Source: Basidiobolus meristosporus CBS 931.73 (Eukaryota > Fungi > Basidiobolomycota). From it: a stretch of 64,000 nt of DNA. A program made the position numbers and the translations under genes. The notes under the pieces were generated by a model, which ran no database searches, was not told the DNA's origin, and saw only the letters and a list, made by a program, of their open reading frames with translations. The stretch spans positions 1 to 64,000 of the forward strand of contig MCFE01000018.1 in NCBI GenBank assembly GCA_002104905.1, in the 5' to 3' direction. Within the stretch, counting starts at the first letter, position 1, and every line of letters starts with the position of its first letter. Shown here in pieces: positions 26,687 to 40,043 of this stretch.

Positions 26687-27927
26687 ATGCATTCCCTAAC
26701 GAGCCCAAGGTTATTTCTTACTTTGGCAATATTTATTAGACTCGCTACGGGTAACTATTGCTTTCCCTGCTCGTCCTGAACCACTTACTCAGCTCATTTA
26801 TCCAGCTGGCCCAAAAGCGGAGCACTGCCAACCCCTAACCATTCCCTCTAAATTATGCCCTGAGGTGAACTATGCCACCACAATTCAGGATGTGGAGGCT
26901 ACAGACGCCCAGATCAAAAGTATTCCCGCCTCCTTAGGGTTGAGCAACTATGCCATTATTCACACTTCGTTTCAATCCAGCTTCTCTAGATAAAATGAGC
27001 AGAGAGGGATATGAAAGTGCTGGTGCCGAGTGCTTTTTGGCCATTCGGAAGGCGCTCTGTTTCATGAACTACGATTACTGCGATCCTGAAACGTTCAACA
27101 TTCACGCTGTCTGTCGGGAAGTTCGGTAAAGTCCTCAGAGGATGCATCCGTGGAAGTGCTCACGATTAATATCCCCTTGTAGGCAGCGTGCAGTCTCAGT
27201 ATGCAACGACTCTCAACCGTTTACTGACATCAACGTGATTGACGAGAACATCAACGCAACCTACTTCCGGTCAACTGCCGATTGCTATCCAAACGGACTG
27301 CAAATAGATACAAATACCACCATGCCGCTCAATACGCGCCCATTACCTGCAACCACATCCACAGCTGAGGCAGATCTTTCCTTAGCTGAACCTACCTCTA
27401 CCGAAAGCCCTACCGCTACGCCAGAACCGAATTCTGAAGAGACCGTCAGCCTTTTCACCACGACCTCGCCCACCTATCCAGTGGAAACCACGAACGACTC
27501 TTCCTCACCTTCTCCTTATAGCACATCAGAGTTACCTCAAAGTACAGCACCAGAGATGTCATTTGGCTTGAAATACCGACCGGGCAGTAGTGGGATCCTT
27601 AGTGATCTTACTCGTCCGCCAGTAGATGGATTAGACCCCGCATATTCCTTTTCCACCTCACTCTACGCCACCGTCCTAGCGTTGGTCGTCGTTGGAGTGT
27701 GTGTGTTAGGCTCGCTAGCCTTGATGCTTTACGGTAGAAAGCACTCACTTTGGAACCTTTCCTATGACAGCCTCTATGGTCAATACAAGAAGATGGAGGA
27801 TTCCCCGTCGCCGTATTTAGGGGTGAACGACAGTGAAACGTTTGTCATTGAGGTAGGGCCGATCATGTGGAGATCAACATCACATTCGCTAATATTTGGC
27901 TCCATCCTTATTAATTAGGAAGAGTAG
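26687..27927 (+). CDS. Type I membrane protein: signal peptide, Frizzled-like cysteine-rich domain, S/T/P-rich stalk, TM helix, short tail (333 aa)
   Basis: Exons 26687-26750, 26806-26919, 26981-27125, 27183-27852 and 27919-27927 splice in frame (1002 nt). Eight Cys are spaced as in an FZ-CRD; TM is LYATVLALVVVGVCVLGSLALMLY. The track shows only exon 4. Confidence 0.75.
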
Positions 27928-28059
27928 GCAAGCAGGCTTCGAATCTTGTTTCATCATTGCTAGGATTGATTTTAATATGTATTAATAACCACCCCTTTCC
28001 CTTAATTATTTCCAACCCTCCTTTGAATAAACCATCCTACCAAATCAAGATCCCTTCGA

Positions 28060-28506
28060 AGTGACCTTTCCTCTCTTGACAACTTGAGTGGGGCTTGTGC
28101 ATCTTGGTTGGAAGCTTCTCAATGGAGTACCTCTTGGCCATTTTGCTTACCTTCTCAATGTTGCCTGGCAATGGCATTGCACTACCTGGTAGACTAGTTG
28201 CTCAACTTCTTAATATCCCTTAGAACAGTGTTTGCAAGGGCCTATATATAGCTGTAAGAGTTTAGAAGAACAAGTGGATAATATGGTTTTTGTTGCAAGT
28301 CTTGTAATTACACCTAAATACCAATCTAACATGGTCACTTAGATCATAATCTACAAATCTTAAAGAATCCTGACCAAATTCCTTGTTGGTATTATTTAAG
28401 GCATCTTGACCAAAATATCAGGTACCCAGACCATGAGACTTCTCAAAGTTTTCCAGGCAGCCACAGCATTTGCACACATGTTCTTGGGACCTTCCTAAGC
28501 ATTTTA
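28060..28506. repeat. Degraded LTR fragments at the edge of the transposon block
   Basis: About 28288-28506 is a diverged plus-strand copy of the copia LTR at 32409 (ACCTAAATA, GTCACTTAGATCA, GACCAAATTCCTTGT, GTTCTTGGGACCT). The upstream part has a TATATATAG box. Confidence 0.6.
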
Positions 28507-30650
28507 TGTTGTAAGAGTGTTGGAGATATTGGAATTGATTGGGAGAAGAAGTAGATTATGTGATTTCACTTGAGGGTTTACTGAATGTAAAAGTAGTATC
28601 TATACTTTTACATGGTCTTGGCATAGAAAACACATAGAATATAATTAAAAAGGTCCCAAGAGCATGTGTGCAGAGTTTTGGGCTGTTTGGACAGCTTTGA
28701 GAACTTTCATGTTCCAGGTATCTGATGTTTTAGTAAAAATATTGCAAGTAGAACACAACAAGGAATTTTGTCAGGACTCACTGAGGTTTATAGGTAAGGA
28801 TCCAGGTGACAAAGTCAGGTGATTATTTAGGTGGAATTGCAAGTTTTTATAACACTCCCACTCAACTAAATGCTCATACTGAATAGTTCTATTTTTGACC
28901 TAAGATATTCAAACTTGCCTCTAGCTGATGGTTTGGTAACTATGTCTGCAATCATTACATCTGTATGACAGTAAACCAAGTTAATTAAGTTAATCTATAT
29001 AGCTTCACATACAAAATGATGTCTTATATTTATATGCTTAGTTCTAGCATGAAAAGTTGGACTTATACCTAATTGTTTGCATCCTTGATTATCTTGATGT
29101 AGTGTAGCAGGTGTTTTTTGACATAAGCCCAAGTCTTGAATAAGCTTTCTTAACCACATTGCTTCTGTTGTAGCTTCACAGGCTGCCATATACTCTGCCT
29201 CTGTGGTGGAAAGTGCCATGGTTGGTTGCTTTCTTGAATTTTGGGAAATTGCTCCTTTATGGTAAAGAAAAGTGTATCCTGTGGTGGATCATCTGTCTTC
29301 TAAGTTTTGTCCCCAATCAGCATCGGAGCATTCAACAAGATTCTGTTCTGATTCTTGACAGGAGTAGCTTAAGCAGATATCAGCAGTTCCTTTTAGGTAT
29401 CTAAAAATCCATATAACTGCTGCAATACAATCAGATCCATAGTTCTGATAAAACTGGCTGACAGCCCCTACTCAATATGAGATATCTGGGCATGCTCCAA
29501 GCATAATATATATTAGACTGCCAGCCATAGACTGCTAAGGAAATTCTGGGCTTACAGATGGACCAAGCTCTCTTGATTTGGTAGGGATTTGAACTAGCTA
29601 AGGTTTGTCTCCATTGAGGTAACTGATGTTTATAGTCTTCCATTTGGTACTTCTCAAGTATATCTAGAATATACTTGGACTGTGTTGTGCATCAACATTT
29701 AAAACTTAGCCAATTTCACTCCATTAGATAATCTAGTACCCTAACTGATCTTCCCTAATCCAAACATAACTAATCCCTGTTATGGTTTATGTTATCACTT
29801 CTCAGAATCTATTTTTAGCTGTCACACCTGATCAATGTTCATGTGGTCATTATGTCCTCAACTGATCTGCTAAGCCTTTCCAAGTGATTAGTCATCTGAG
29901 TTATATCCAACCACTAAGCAGTTGCCAAGACATCAGCAGATTAATTATGCAATTTTTCATTTATCTTATGCACCTATCAAACACCCCAACAGATTTCAAT
30001 TAGTCCAGTCTGTTGGCACTTACTAATTCAACTTGATCAGAAAAGTATAATTAAAGTTTACTGAACTTTTTGGCTTAGTGTGTGTCTCAACAACATTGAG
30101 ATTGTGTCTCAGCAAAACTAAGAATTCAACAATTCTGTTCTAGTTTCTACACAAGCCTAACATAACTTGTACATCCAAGAACCCCAAGCCTAGCCTGCAT
30201 AGAAAACCAACTCTGTTGCCTTTATAGCACAACTCAGCTATTTACAAGACCAATATTAGACCAGAATCTCTCTGCTAATATTTCTGTCACTCTTGACAAT
30301 TCTAAGATTCTGCACTTAGTTGTCACCTAGGTTCAGTTAACTCATTCAAGAGTTTTATTACACTTTTCTCTTGGATACAACAGACTGGCTTAGGGTGATA
30401 GCCTGGGTATTTCTGTCTATGGAGAACTTTATCCCTTGGTAGTATCTGAGTTCTCCTAGATTAGGCACCTTGAACTCCTTAGATAGGCTGGACTTAGTCT
30501 CTTCCAATATTTCCTAGTTATCAATTGCTATAATAAGATCATCCACCTGTAGTGCCAATAGAGCTGGATTTGCTCTATCCTGCTTATAGTAAGTATTATA
30601 GTCAGCAGTAGCTCTTTGGAAATTCAAAGATTCCAAATATGAATATGCCT
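28507..30650 (-). mobile_element. Truncated Ty1/copia (3' LTR 28507-28854, RNase H, part of RT); same family as 32409-36814
   Basis: LTR is the reverse complement of the 32409 LTR family, with a PPT GAGTGGGAG. Peptide ALSTTEAEYMAACEAT..WLRKLIQDLG..DNQG..HARTKHINIRHHF. RT continues after the solo LTR insertion. Confidence 0.85.
29683..30382. mobile_element. Solo LTR (700 bp) of another family
   Basis: TGTTG...CAACA termini with 5-bp TSD GACTG (29678-29682 and 30383-30387). Removing it restores copia RT sequence. Confidence 0.85.
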
Positions 30651-30669
30651 TGTACCCTATGAAAAATAA

Positions 30670-31572
30670 TTTGGTCTCACAGGTGGATCCAATCCAGATC
30701 AGCCATCAGGATCCTGTTTGGAGACCATCATAATACCAGCAGCTTGGAATTAGTGACCCTCTTAATGATCTTTTGATGGGATCACAACAGTGTTTAGCCA
30801 ATTTTAATGCCAAATAAGTGTATAAAACTTGACAGGGTCTGATTGGTGCTAGGGCAATAATTGCATGGCATTGTAGTGGTTGTTTTGCGCTCTACAACTA
30901 CTGTATTGGATCTAACTAGCCAGTACATCCAATTGTCTTATATGGCAAAAAACTTGACAGTGCATTGACAGCCTCATTGCAGTTCTCTGATGGCATTATG
31001 ATGGCAGTAGGGCAGCCTATAGCTAGTTCTGTAGAGTACTACTGTATCAATTTACCAAATAGTATTTCCTTTTATTACCTCCCCTTGTGCAATTCATATA
31101 TTCCACTGTAGCATTACCCCTCTTCATTTGCTTACTCATTACTACCTTGGGTATTCCACATATAGTTCAAATCAAAAAAAACTATGGCCTCCTGCTTTCT
31201 AACCTCTACAAACATGCACACCTGCCACAATTGACATACTTCTTTACCTCAACTTTACAGCTTTTCAGTGTGATACTTGCAAAGTAGCCATTTACCTTAT
31301 ACTGCTGGTAACATATACATCTGGCAAACATATGCTTGGTTGCTGGTGCTTCTGCCATGAATACCTCCTGAATGTCAAAAAGAACTTTTTGTATTTAGCC
31401 AATATATTCCTTCTCCTTGCTGGATTCTAGTCCCCCTTATAGGTGCGCTCTGGCTTTTGCTTGTGTGAATTCCATATTGAATGGCGTAGAAGTTGGTATG
31501 TGACCAAGAGAAACCTAGTATACTTTGATAGAGCTTTCCTAATAAAATTTAGTTGCTTGTTGAACCCAACCC
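30670..31572 (-). pseudogene. CACTA/EnSpm-like transposase 3' remnant (copy 2)
   Basis: Colinear and similar to 53715-54614, the C-terminal part of the CACTA-like transposase. Cut at 31572 by the chromovirus LTR. Confidence 0.7.
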
Positions 31573-32408
31573 TGTTATGAATAGATGCAAGGCAGGAGAG
31601 TAGGGCTAGGCAAGGCAGGACCAGGAAAGGACTTAGGTGTGGATCAATGAGGCAAGGTGTGTTTCCAAAGCAAGGCGGATTTCCAAGGCAAGGCTGTTTA
31701 CTCAAGACCTGTGTTTATCAGACTGAGGAATACATCAGGGGGGATAGGACTATATATACTTTTTGGCAATATGGATGCCAAGAGATATTAGCTAATACTA
31801 ATGGTGTTCTGAGGTAAGGCACAGTAAGTGTGCCAAGATAGAAAATACTAAAGAACAACTAGAATATCACATGGGGATATGTCAGGAGTCAGTTGATCAT
31901 GTGACCAGGTCATGTGACATACAATTACCATATATGGAATGGGACTACATAAATTCCAATGGGAAGCTTCCATTGAATGTTCCATTGTGTAATGTTGACT
32001 TAGAGCTTTCAAGAAGTTGCTAGAATGTAGTAGAACTTTCTAGAGGGAACTGGGATTTCTTCACTGACTTGATTTGGCTAGATAATTGGAGACCAGAGAT
32101 GTCATGTGATCATGACACCATTCTCCTCTTTTGAGGGGCTCACCTTAAGCTTTTGGCTTGGGCTTGTTGGGGTATGTCTGGTGGAATAGCGCAACTAGAT
32201 CTTGGCAGTTTGTTAGGTTTGCTGCTGGTTCCCAAGTTTGATCATTTGGGCTGTACCCTACCCAATCTACCAGATAGTGAAGTTGGGATCTGATGTACTT
32301 TGAATCCAACACTTGCCAAACCTCAAACTCTTGGTGTTTGTCCACTTGGATGGCTGGGGGATTTGCAGGGTGCTGGTTGGGTAGAGTACTTTCATGGAAT
32401 GGTTCTAG

Positions 32409-35400
32409 TGTTGTAAAAGTTCGTAATTTCCACCTAAATATTCACCTAACTTAGTCACTTAGATCATTACCTCTCAAATCCAAGAGAATACTGACCAAAT
32501 TCCTTGTCGGGATTTACTTAGAATATTTTCACCAAAATACCAGGTACCCAGAACATGAAAATTCTCAAAGTTGTCCAAACAGCCCCAAACTTTGCGCACA
32601 TGTTCTTGGGACCTTTCTTAACCTAATCTACGTGTTTGGTATGCCACGACTATGTAAAAGTATAAATACTACTTTTACATTCCATAAATCATTAAGTGAA
32701 AACCACATAATCTACTTGTTCTCCCAATCACTTCCAATATCTCCAAGACTCTTACAACAGGTTATGAGCCCCAAGCTGTTGCTCTCTGCAATGTCTACTA
32801 CTGCTATTACTGGAATTTTTCCCTCTGCTGAAAAGTTGGACGGATCTAACTACCAAGTGTGGAAGGTGAAGATGAAGATGCTGCTACAAGAAAGAGGCCT
32901 TTGGGATATTGTCATGGGAGAAGAATGCCCTCCTAAAAACGTGGGAGAGGAAGCCTTAAAGTACCAGAAGAAAGAACAAAGTGCCTTTAACTGCATTTGC
33001 CTTAATGTCAAGGACAAATTGCTAATTCAATGCTCAAGAGCAAAAACGGCAAAGAATGCTTGGAAAGCATTAGAAGACACCTACCAGCTATGTTCAGCTG
33101 CCAAGAAAATGTATCTGAGACAAAAATTCTTTACTACAAAGATGCAGCCAGGAGAAGAAATGAAAAATCTAATTAACAGAATTACCCTGCTGGTAGATGA
33201 GATGGAATCTGTGGGTGTACCAACTACTGATGAGGATGTGATAGTTACCATCCTGAATAGCCTGACAGATGAGTTTCAGGGCCTTGTATCAGCCCTAGAG
33301 TCCAGAACTGAAGATTTGACCTTAAATTACGTATATGGAAGGCTCCTGGATGAAGAATTAAGAAAATCTAACGCTAATAAGAAGGAAGAAGAAAATGCTT
33401 TAATAAGCAATGATAACCAACAAAGGAGGTACCCAAGACCCTACAAAGGCAACAGCAACCTGTTTTGTAACTACTGCAAAAGGAAAGGACACATATCAGA
33501 CCGGTGTTTCAAAAAGAAAGATAATCAGCAAAAGAAGCCTGAATATGGAAATGCTGCAACAGCTGAAGATAGACTATTCATATCTGCACTAAATATGACC
33601 ACAAACAAGGATTCTCCAACGTGGTAAATTGACTCTGGAGCTTCTCAACACTTTACACACCAAAAAGAACTTTTTACCCAATATCAAGAAATTCCAATTA
33701 AGAAGGTTTTCATGGGTGATGATAGAACACTTGATCCAGTAGGAGAAGGAACTATCCAAGTAAACCTTAGAAGCAGTGAAGGAAGCCATACACTGACCTT
33801 TAAAGAAGTACTATATGTACCAGAAATAGCCAAGAACCTACTCTCTGTAAGCAAGGCCACAGTAGAAGGACTCAGTTTCAGTTTTGACAATTCTGGATGC
33901 AGGATCACTGATCAAAATGGTGCCCATATTGCTTTGGGCATCAGAGATCAGACTCTATACAAGTTGACTTATATTCCATCATATCTGGAAGCCAATATAA
34001 GTAACTTAAATGAAGAAACACTAATGCTTTGGCACAGGAGATTTGGACACATCAATTTTGATTATTTTGCAAAATGATAAAAGATCAGCTAATATCTGGA
34101 GTAAAAATTGATCCCCCAGCTAATTTGGAGCACTGTGAAGCCTGCATATATGGGAAACAAGCCAGACAACCATTCAAGAGCTCTGGCTTAATCAAAACTA
34201 AGAAAAAATTAGATCTAACTCACTTAGATCTGTGTGAACCTATGCAAAATTTATCCTTAGGCGGGATGAAGTACTTAATCACTTTTACTGATGATTATAC
34301 AAGATACACATGGGTCTACTTCATGGAGAGAAAGGAAGAAGCTCTGTCTAAGTTCAGGGAGTTTAAAGCCATAGTGGAGAGAGAAACTGGTGAAAAAATC
34401 AAGAAAATACGCTCAGACAATGGTGGAGAATATACCTCAAAACTCTTCATCCACTTCTGCAAAATACATGGGATAAAGCAGAAGACTACTGTACCATACT
34501 CCCCACAGCAAAATGGAGTAGCAGAACAAGCTAACAGATCAATAATTGATATGGCAAGATCTATGATCCATGATCAATAATTATCCTATGATTTTTGGGC
34601 GGAATCAGTTGCCACTGCTGTATACCTTAAAAATAGGAGTTATAACAGAATACTTTGTGATTCTACTCCATTTGAAGCATGGTATGGATATAGACCAAGT
34701 GCAGAACATCTAAGAATATTTGGGTGTACAGCATATGCCAAAAAACTGGCCGGAAATCAGTCAAAATTTGAGCCAAAAAGTGTAAAATACATATTTTTGG
34801 GCTACTGCAATGAGAGTAAGGCATACAGACTCTACAATACCAAAGCAAAGAAGCTGATCAAGTCCAGGGATGTGTTGTTTGATGAAAGTTCAAAATTTTC
34901 ACAAAAAATGACATCAGATGAAGACAAAAATTTGATCTCAAGTCCACCGATTGTCAGGATTGAATCAGAGCAAAACAATGAAAATTTTTTCACTCCAGAG
35001 GACTCTACAACCGTGGTTCAGCCAGAATCAGTGCCCAGGAATATCCCAGAAGTGAACATTCCAGTATCAAATGCCTGGAGATCAAATTGGACAAGAAATA
35101 GCCCAAGTTACTATATAAATGAGGGTACAAACTTAGCCTATGCCTATTCAGTCCATATTGATGAGCCCCAGACTGTAAAAGAGGCCCTAAATAGCCCTCA
35201 GACAAAGTTTTGGAGATCTGCAATGACTGAGGAATATCAGGCCCTGATGGAGAATCAAACTTGGGACTTAGTCAAATTACCAGTCAACCGGAAATCAATT
35301 GGATGCAAATGGGTCTTTAAGATAAGATACAAGGCTGATGGTACAATTGAAAGATACAAAGCAAGACTTGTGGCCAAAGGATACTCTCAAACAAAAGGAC

Positions 35401-36814
35401 TTGACTATACTGCGACCTTTGCACTGGTAGCCAGGTTTAATTCCATCAGATTAATATTGGCTATTGCAGCCAAATACAAGCTTTTTATACATCAAATGGA
35501 TGTAAAAACTGCATTTTTGAATGGACAACTTAATGAGGACGTGTATATGAACCAGCCTGATGGGTTCATTGACCAAGATAACCCCCATTTGGTCTGCAAG
35601 CTTAAAAAGTCACTATATGGTCTCAAACAATCACCAAGAGCCTGGAATTGCTAGATAGATTCTTATTTGGAATCTTTGAGTTTCAAAAGGAGTAATGCTG
35701 ACTATAGTATATACTACAAGCCAGATAGAGCAAATCCAGTTCTATTAGCTCTATATGTGGATGATCTTAATATAGCCGCCAATAACCTAGCAACTTTGGA
35801 GGAGACTAAATCCGGCCTATCTAAAGAGTTCAAGATGTCCAATCTAGGACTCAGTTACTACTTGGGGATTAGGTTCTCCATAGACAGAAGTACCCAGACT
35901 ATCACCCTAAGCCAGTCCAAGTATATACAAGATATACTAAAGAAGTATCAAATGGAAGACTGTAAACCGGCAGCTACCCCAATGGAGACAAACCTTAACT
36001 TGGTCAAAACTCAACCAAATTAAGAGAGCTTGGTGCCATCTGAAAGCCCTGACTTTCCTTATCAATCTATGGTTGGCAGTCTGATGTATATCATGCTTGG
36101 AACACGTCCAGATATCTCATATTCAGCGGGAGTTGTCAGCCAACATAATCAGAACTATGGATCTGATCATATTGCAGCAGTTAAGCGGATTTTTAGATAC
36201 CTAAAAGGAACTGCTGATATCTGCTTAAGATACACTTATAAGGACTCAGAACAAGATCTTGTGGGACACTCTGATGCAGATTGGGGACAAAATTTAGAAG
36301 ACAGAAGATCCACCACACGATACACCTTTCTTTACTGTCAAGGAGCAATTTCATGGAATTCAAGAAAGCAACCAACCGTAGCATTTTCTACCACAGAGGC
36401 AGAGTATATGGCAGACTGTGAAGCTACAAAAGACTAGTCAGTATGAACATTTAGCTGAGTGGGAGTGTTGTAAAAATTTGTATTTCCACCTAAATATTCA
36501 CCTAACTTAGTCACTTAGATCATCACCTTCAAATCCAAGAGAATACTGACCAAATTCCTTGTCGGGATTTACTTAGAATATTTTCACCAAAATACCAGGT
36601 ACCCAGAACATGAAAATTCTCAAAGTTGTCCAAACAGCCCCAAACTTTGCACACATGTTCTTGGGACCTTCCTTAACCTATTCTACATGTTTGTTATGCC
36701 AAGACCATGTAAAAGTATAAATACTACTTGTACATTCAATAAATCATTAAGTGAAAACCACATAATCTACTTGTTCTCCCAATCACTTCCAATATCTCCA
36801 AGACTCTTACAACA
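32409..36814 (+). mobile_element. Full-length but decayed Ty1/copia retrotransposon
   Basis: LTRs 32409-32759 and 36466-36814 (TGTTG...CAACA), TSD TCTAG, PBS GGTTATGAGCCC, PPT GAGTGGGAG. gag with zinc knuckle CNYCKRKGHISDRC, protease IDSGAS, integrase, RT YVDD. Several stops and frameshifts; RNase H truncated. Confidence 0.97.
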
Positions 36815-39800
36815 TCTAGGAGGGATACATGGAATGTGTCATGAATTTTTGTACTTGGTGGCAACTGTATTTGGTACACAATTAGACTAAGTTTCTTCTT
36901 GATCTTGAATGGACCTAGTTTCTTGTAATCTAATTTGTCACAAGGGCGGCTGGTAGCAATGTTTCTTCTCAAGAGCCATACTGAATCTCCTTCATTAAGC
37001 TTGGGGCTAGGCTGCTGTTTGTTGTCTGCAAACTTCTTGTACCCCTCATGGGCTAAGAACAGTTCTTTCTTGAGTGTTTCTTAGATTTCTAGAATTGTTG
37101 ATGCATGTTCAGCTGCTGGGGGGCTCATAGGGATGGGCTGAATATCAAATTGAGGATGAAAACCATAATTTGCATAGAATGGAGTGAGACCTGTTGCACT
37201 ATGACATGAGTTGTTGTAGGCAAATCCTGCAAGTGGCAGCAGTTGGGTCCAGTTGTCTTGCTGATAGTTAATATAGCACCGGAGGTATTGTTCATGGATC
37301 TGATTAATTCTCTCTGTCTGGCCATCTGACTGTGGATGAAAAGCGGTTGAGAGCTTGACTTGCATACCAAGATATTGCATGAAGTGTTTCCAGAACTTTG
37401 ATATGAACTGAGGTCCTCTATCTGATACAATGTCACCGGGGATACCATAGAGCCGGAAAATGTTCTTGATTACTAAGTGGGCAGTCTCCTTAGCATCTAT
37501 GTTCTTTGAGCAGGGAATGAAGTGAGCCATATTGGTGAGCCAGTCTACCACTACTAGGATTGAACTGAATTGATTTGATTCTGGGAGGTTGGTGATGAAG
37601 TCTATTGAAATTGACTTCCATTGCTGGTCAGGGATTGGCAAGGGTTGGAGAAGTCCATATGGCTGGTGTCTAGCAGATTTTACATAGTTACATGGATCAC
37701 AGGATTGGAGGTACTCCTTGACAAGAGATATCATCTTGAGCCACCAGAAGTCTCTCTTGATTGCATTCATGATTTTGGCAGTATCAAAATGCCCTGCAGC
37801 CATTGAATCATGGCTAGAATGGATAATATCCAACTGGGTATCAAGGTCTGGAACAAGCAGTTGGTGCTTGTGGTAGATCATGTCATTGACTAGATGTAGG
37901 CACTGGAGGTTTGGGAACTTGGGTGGTGGGTCAGTAGAGGATTTGAGATATTTCTTAATTGTTCTGGCTATGGAACTGGTGGCTTGGCTGGCCTTGACTT
38001 TCTCAAGGAGTGAGGGAGCAATAATACTGGAGGACAGGGTTGCAAGGAGCTCAAAGTGTCTTTTGCTGAGTACCGGGTTTTTCATTTGCCAACAGGCATC
38101 ATCCCCTTCTTCAAGGGAATACTCCACCTTTTTGGACAGGGCATCAGGTTTTCCCTGTTTTATACCTGGTCTATAGGTGATGACAAAGTCAAAACTGGAC
38201 AGGAAGAGGGACCATCTGGCTTGTCTCCGGTTTAGTACTTTTGAGGTAGCAAAGTACTCAAGGTTCTTGTGGTCACAGAAGATCTTTATCTTTTGGGCTG
38301 CACCATCAAGGTAGTGTCTCCATTGTTCAAAGGCAACAATGATTGCAAGTAGTTCCTTATCATAGATATCATAACTTCAGCTGGAGTAAATTTCCAGGAG
38401 TAGAATGCAATAGGGTGGAGTACATTCTTGTCATTGTACTGGGAAAGGATTGCACTAAGTGCAAAGTCAGAGGCATCAGTTTCTATGATGTAAGGTTTCT
38501 CCAGGTCAGGGTGACCAAGCAGGGGAGTGTACAGGAAGGATTTCTTGATGGAATTAAAGGACTTGGACTGTTCCTCATTCCAGGCAAAGGGCAGATTCTT
38601 CTGGGTGAGCCTTGTCAAGGGAGTGACTAACTTGGAGTAGTTGGCAATAAATCTATGATAGAAGTTGGTAAACCCATGGAAGGACTGCACTTCTTTTACA
38701 GAACAGGGAGTTTTCCATGACTGGATGGCTTCTACTTTCTTGGAATACATTCTTGTTCCATTAGAGCTGATAAGATAACCTAAGAACTCAACTTCTTTCT
38801 AGTCAAACTCACATTTCTCCAGTTTGGCATATAGGCCAGCAGTAGCAAGCTTGGTCAAGACTTTCTTAACATGGGAATTATGTTCTTATTGGGTCTTGGA
38901 GTAGATCAAGATCTCATCAAGGTAGATAACCACAAATTGGTTAAGGTATTCACAGATTATGTCATTCATCAGGTGTTGAAAGATGGCGGGGGCATTGATG
39001 AGACCAAATGTCATAACTTTATACTCAAAATGACCATATCTTGTTCTGAATGCAGTTTTCCACTCATCACCAGGCTTGATCCCAACAAGGTTTTATGCTC
39101 CTCAGAGGTCAATCTTAGTGAATACTTTGGCAGCAGAGAGTTAATCCAACAGGGTGTTGATCAGGGGCAAAGGGTACCGGTTCTTGATTGTGATCTTATT
39201 CAAAGCACGGTAGTCTACACACATTCTTAGGGTACCATCCTTTTTTATGACAAAGAGGATTGGGGCACCAGCTTGGGACTTAGAGTGCTGGATAAAGCCT
39301 TTCTGGAGGTTTTCTTGAATATAGCCATGGAGTTCTTTCAACTCCAGTTGCAAGAGGTTGTAAATAGGACCAAAAGGTGGGGTCTTTCCTTCTTTAAGGT
39401 CAATGGGACAATCATAGGGTCTATGGGCTGGGGGTAGTTTGGCTTTCTTCTTGTCAAAGACATGGGCAAACTCTTGATACTTGGCAGGTATTCCATTGGA
39501 GGGGGTTCCTTCAGTGATGATGGGCTCATGGGTCTGGGGTAGCTTAGGAAAGGATACTTCTTTACCTGAAAAATCAGGTGGTTTCATGGAGTTGACATGG
39601 TGGATTCTAGGGAATGTCAGGGTTTTGGTCTTCCAGTTGATAGCTGGGTTATGGTGACTAAGCCATGAGCTTCCAAGGACTATGGAGTAGTGGGGAGAGT
39701 TGATAATGTTGAAGGCTAGTGTCTTGTGGTGACCAGTACTGGACAGCTGGAGTAGACATTGTGGGTTATTACTGACTGTACTTGGTGAGTGGGAGAGCTT

Positions 39801-40043
39801 GTAGGTCAAGTCAGTACCACTTGGTTCAGAATAGCTTCCAATAGAAGGTAGCAAGGTAATAGACTTGTTCCATTGGATAGTGCCACATAGTGCCAGCCTG
39901 TTTATAGTGCTGGATTGATCTGGGACTCTACGGCACTATCAGGCACTATAATTTCTACCATAATGCCAGTGGTATGATACAGTTACTGGTAATCTTACTC
40001 AGTCTTATTTATGTTGCTCAGAATAGTGCTTTACTTGCTTTAT

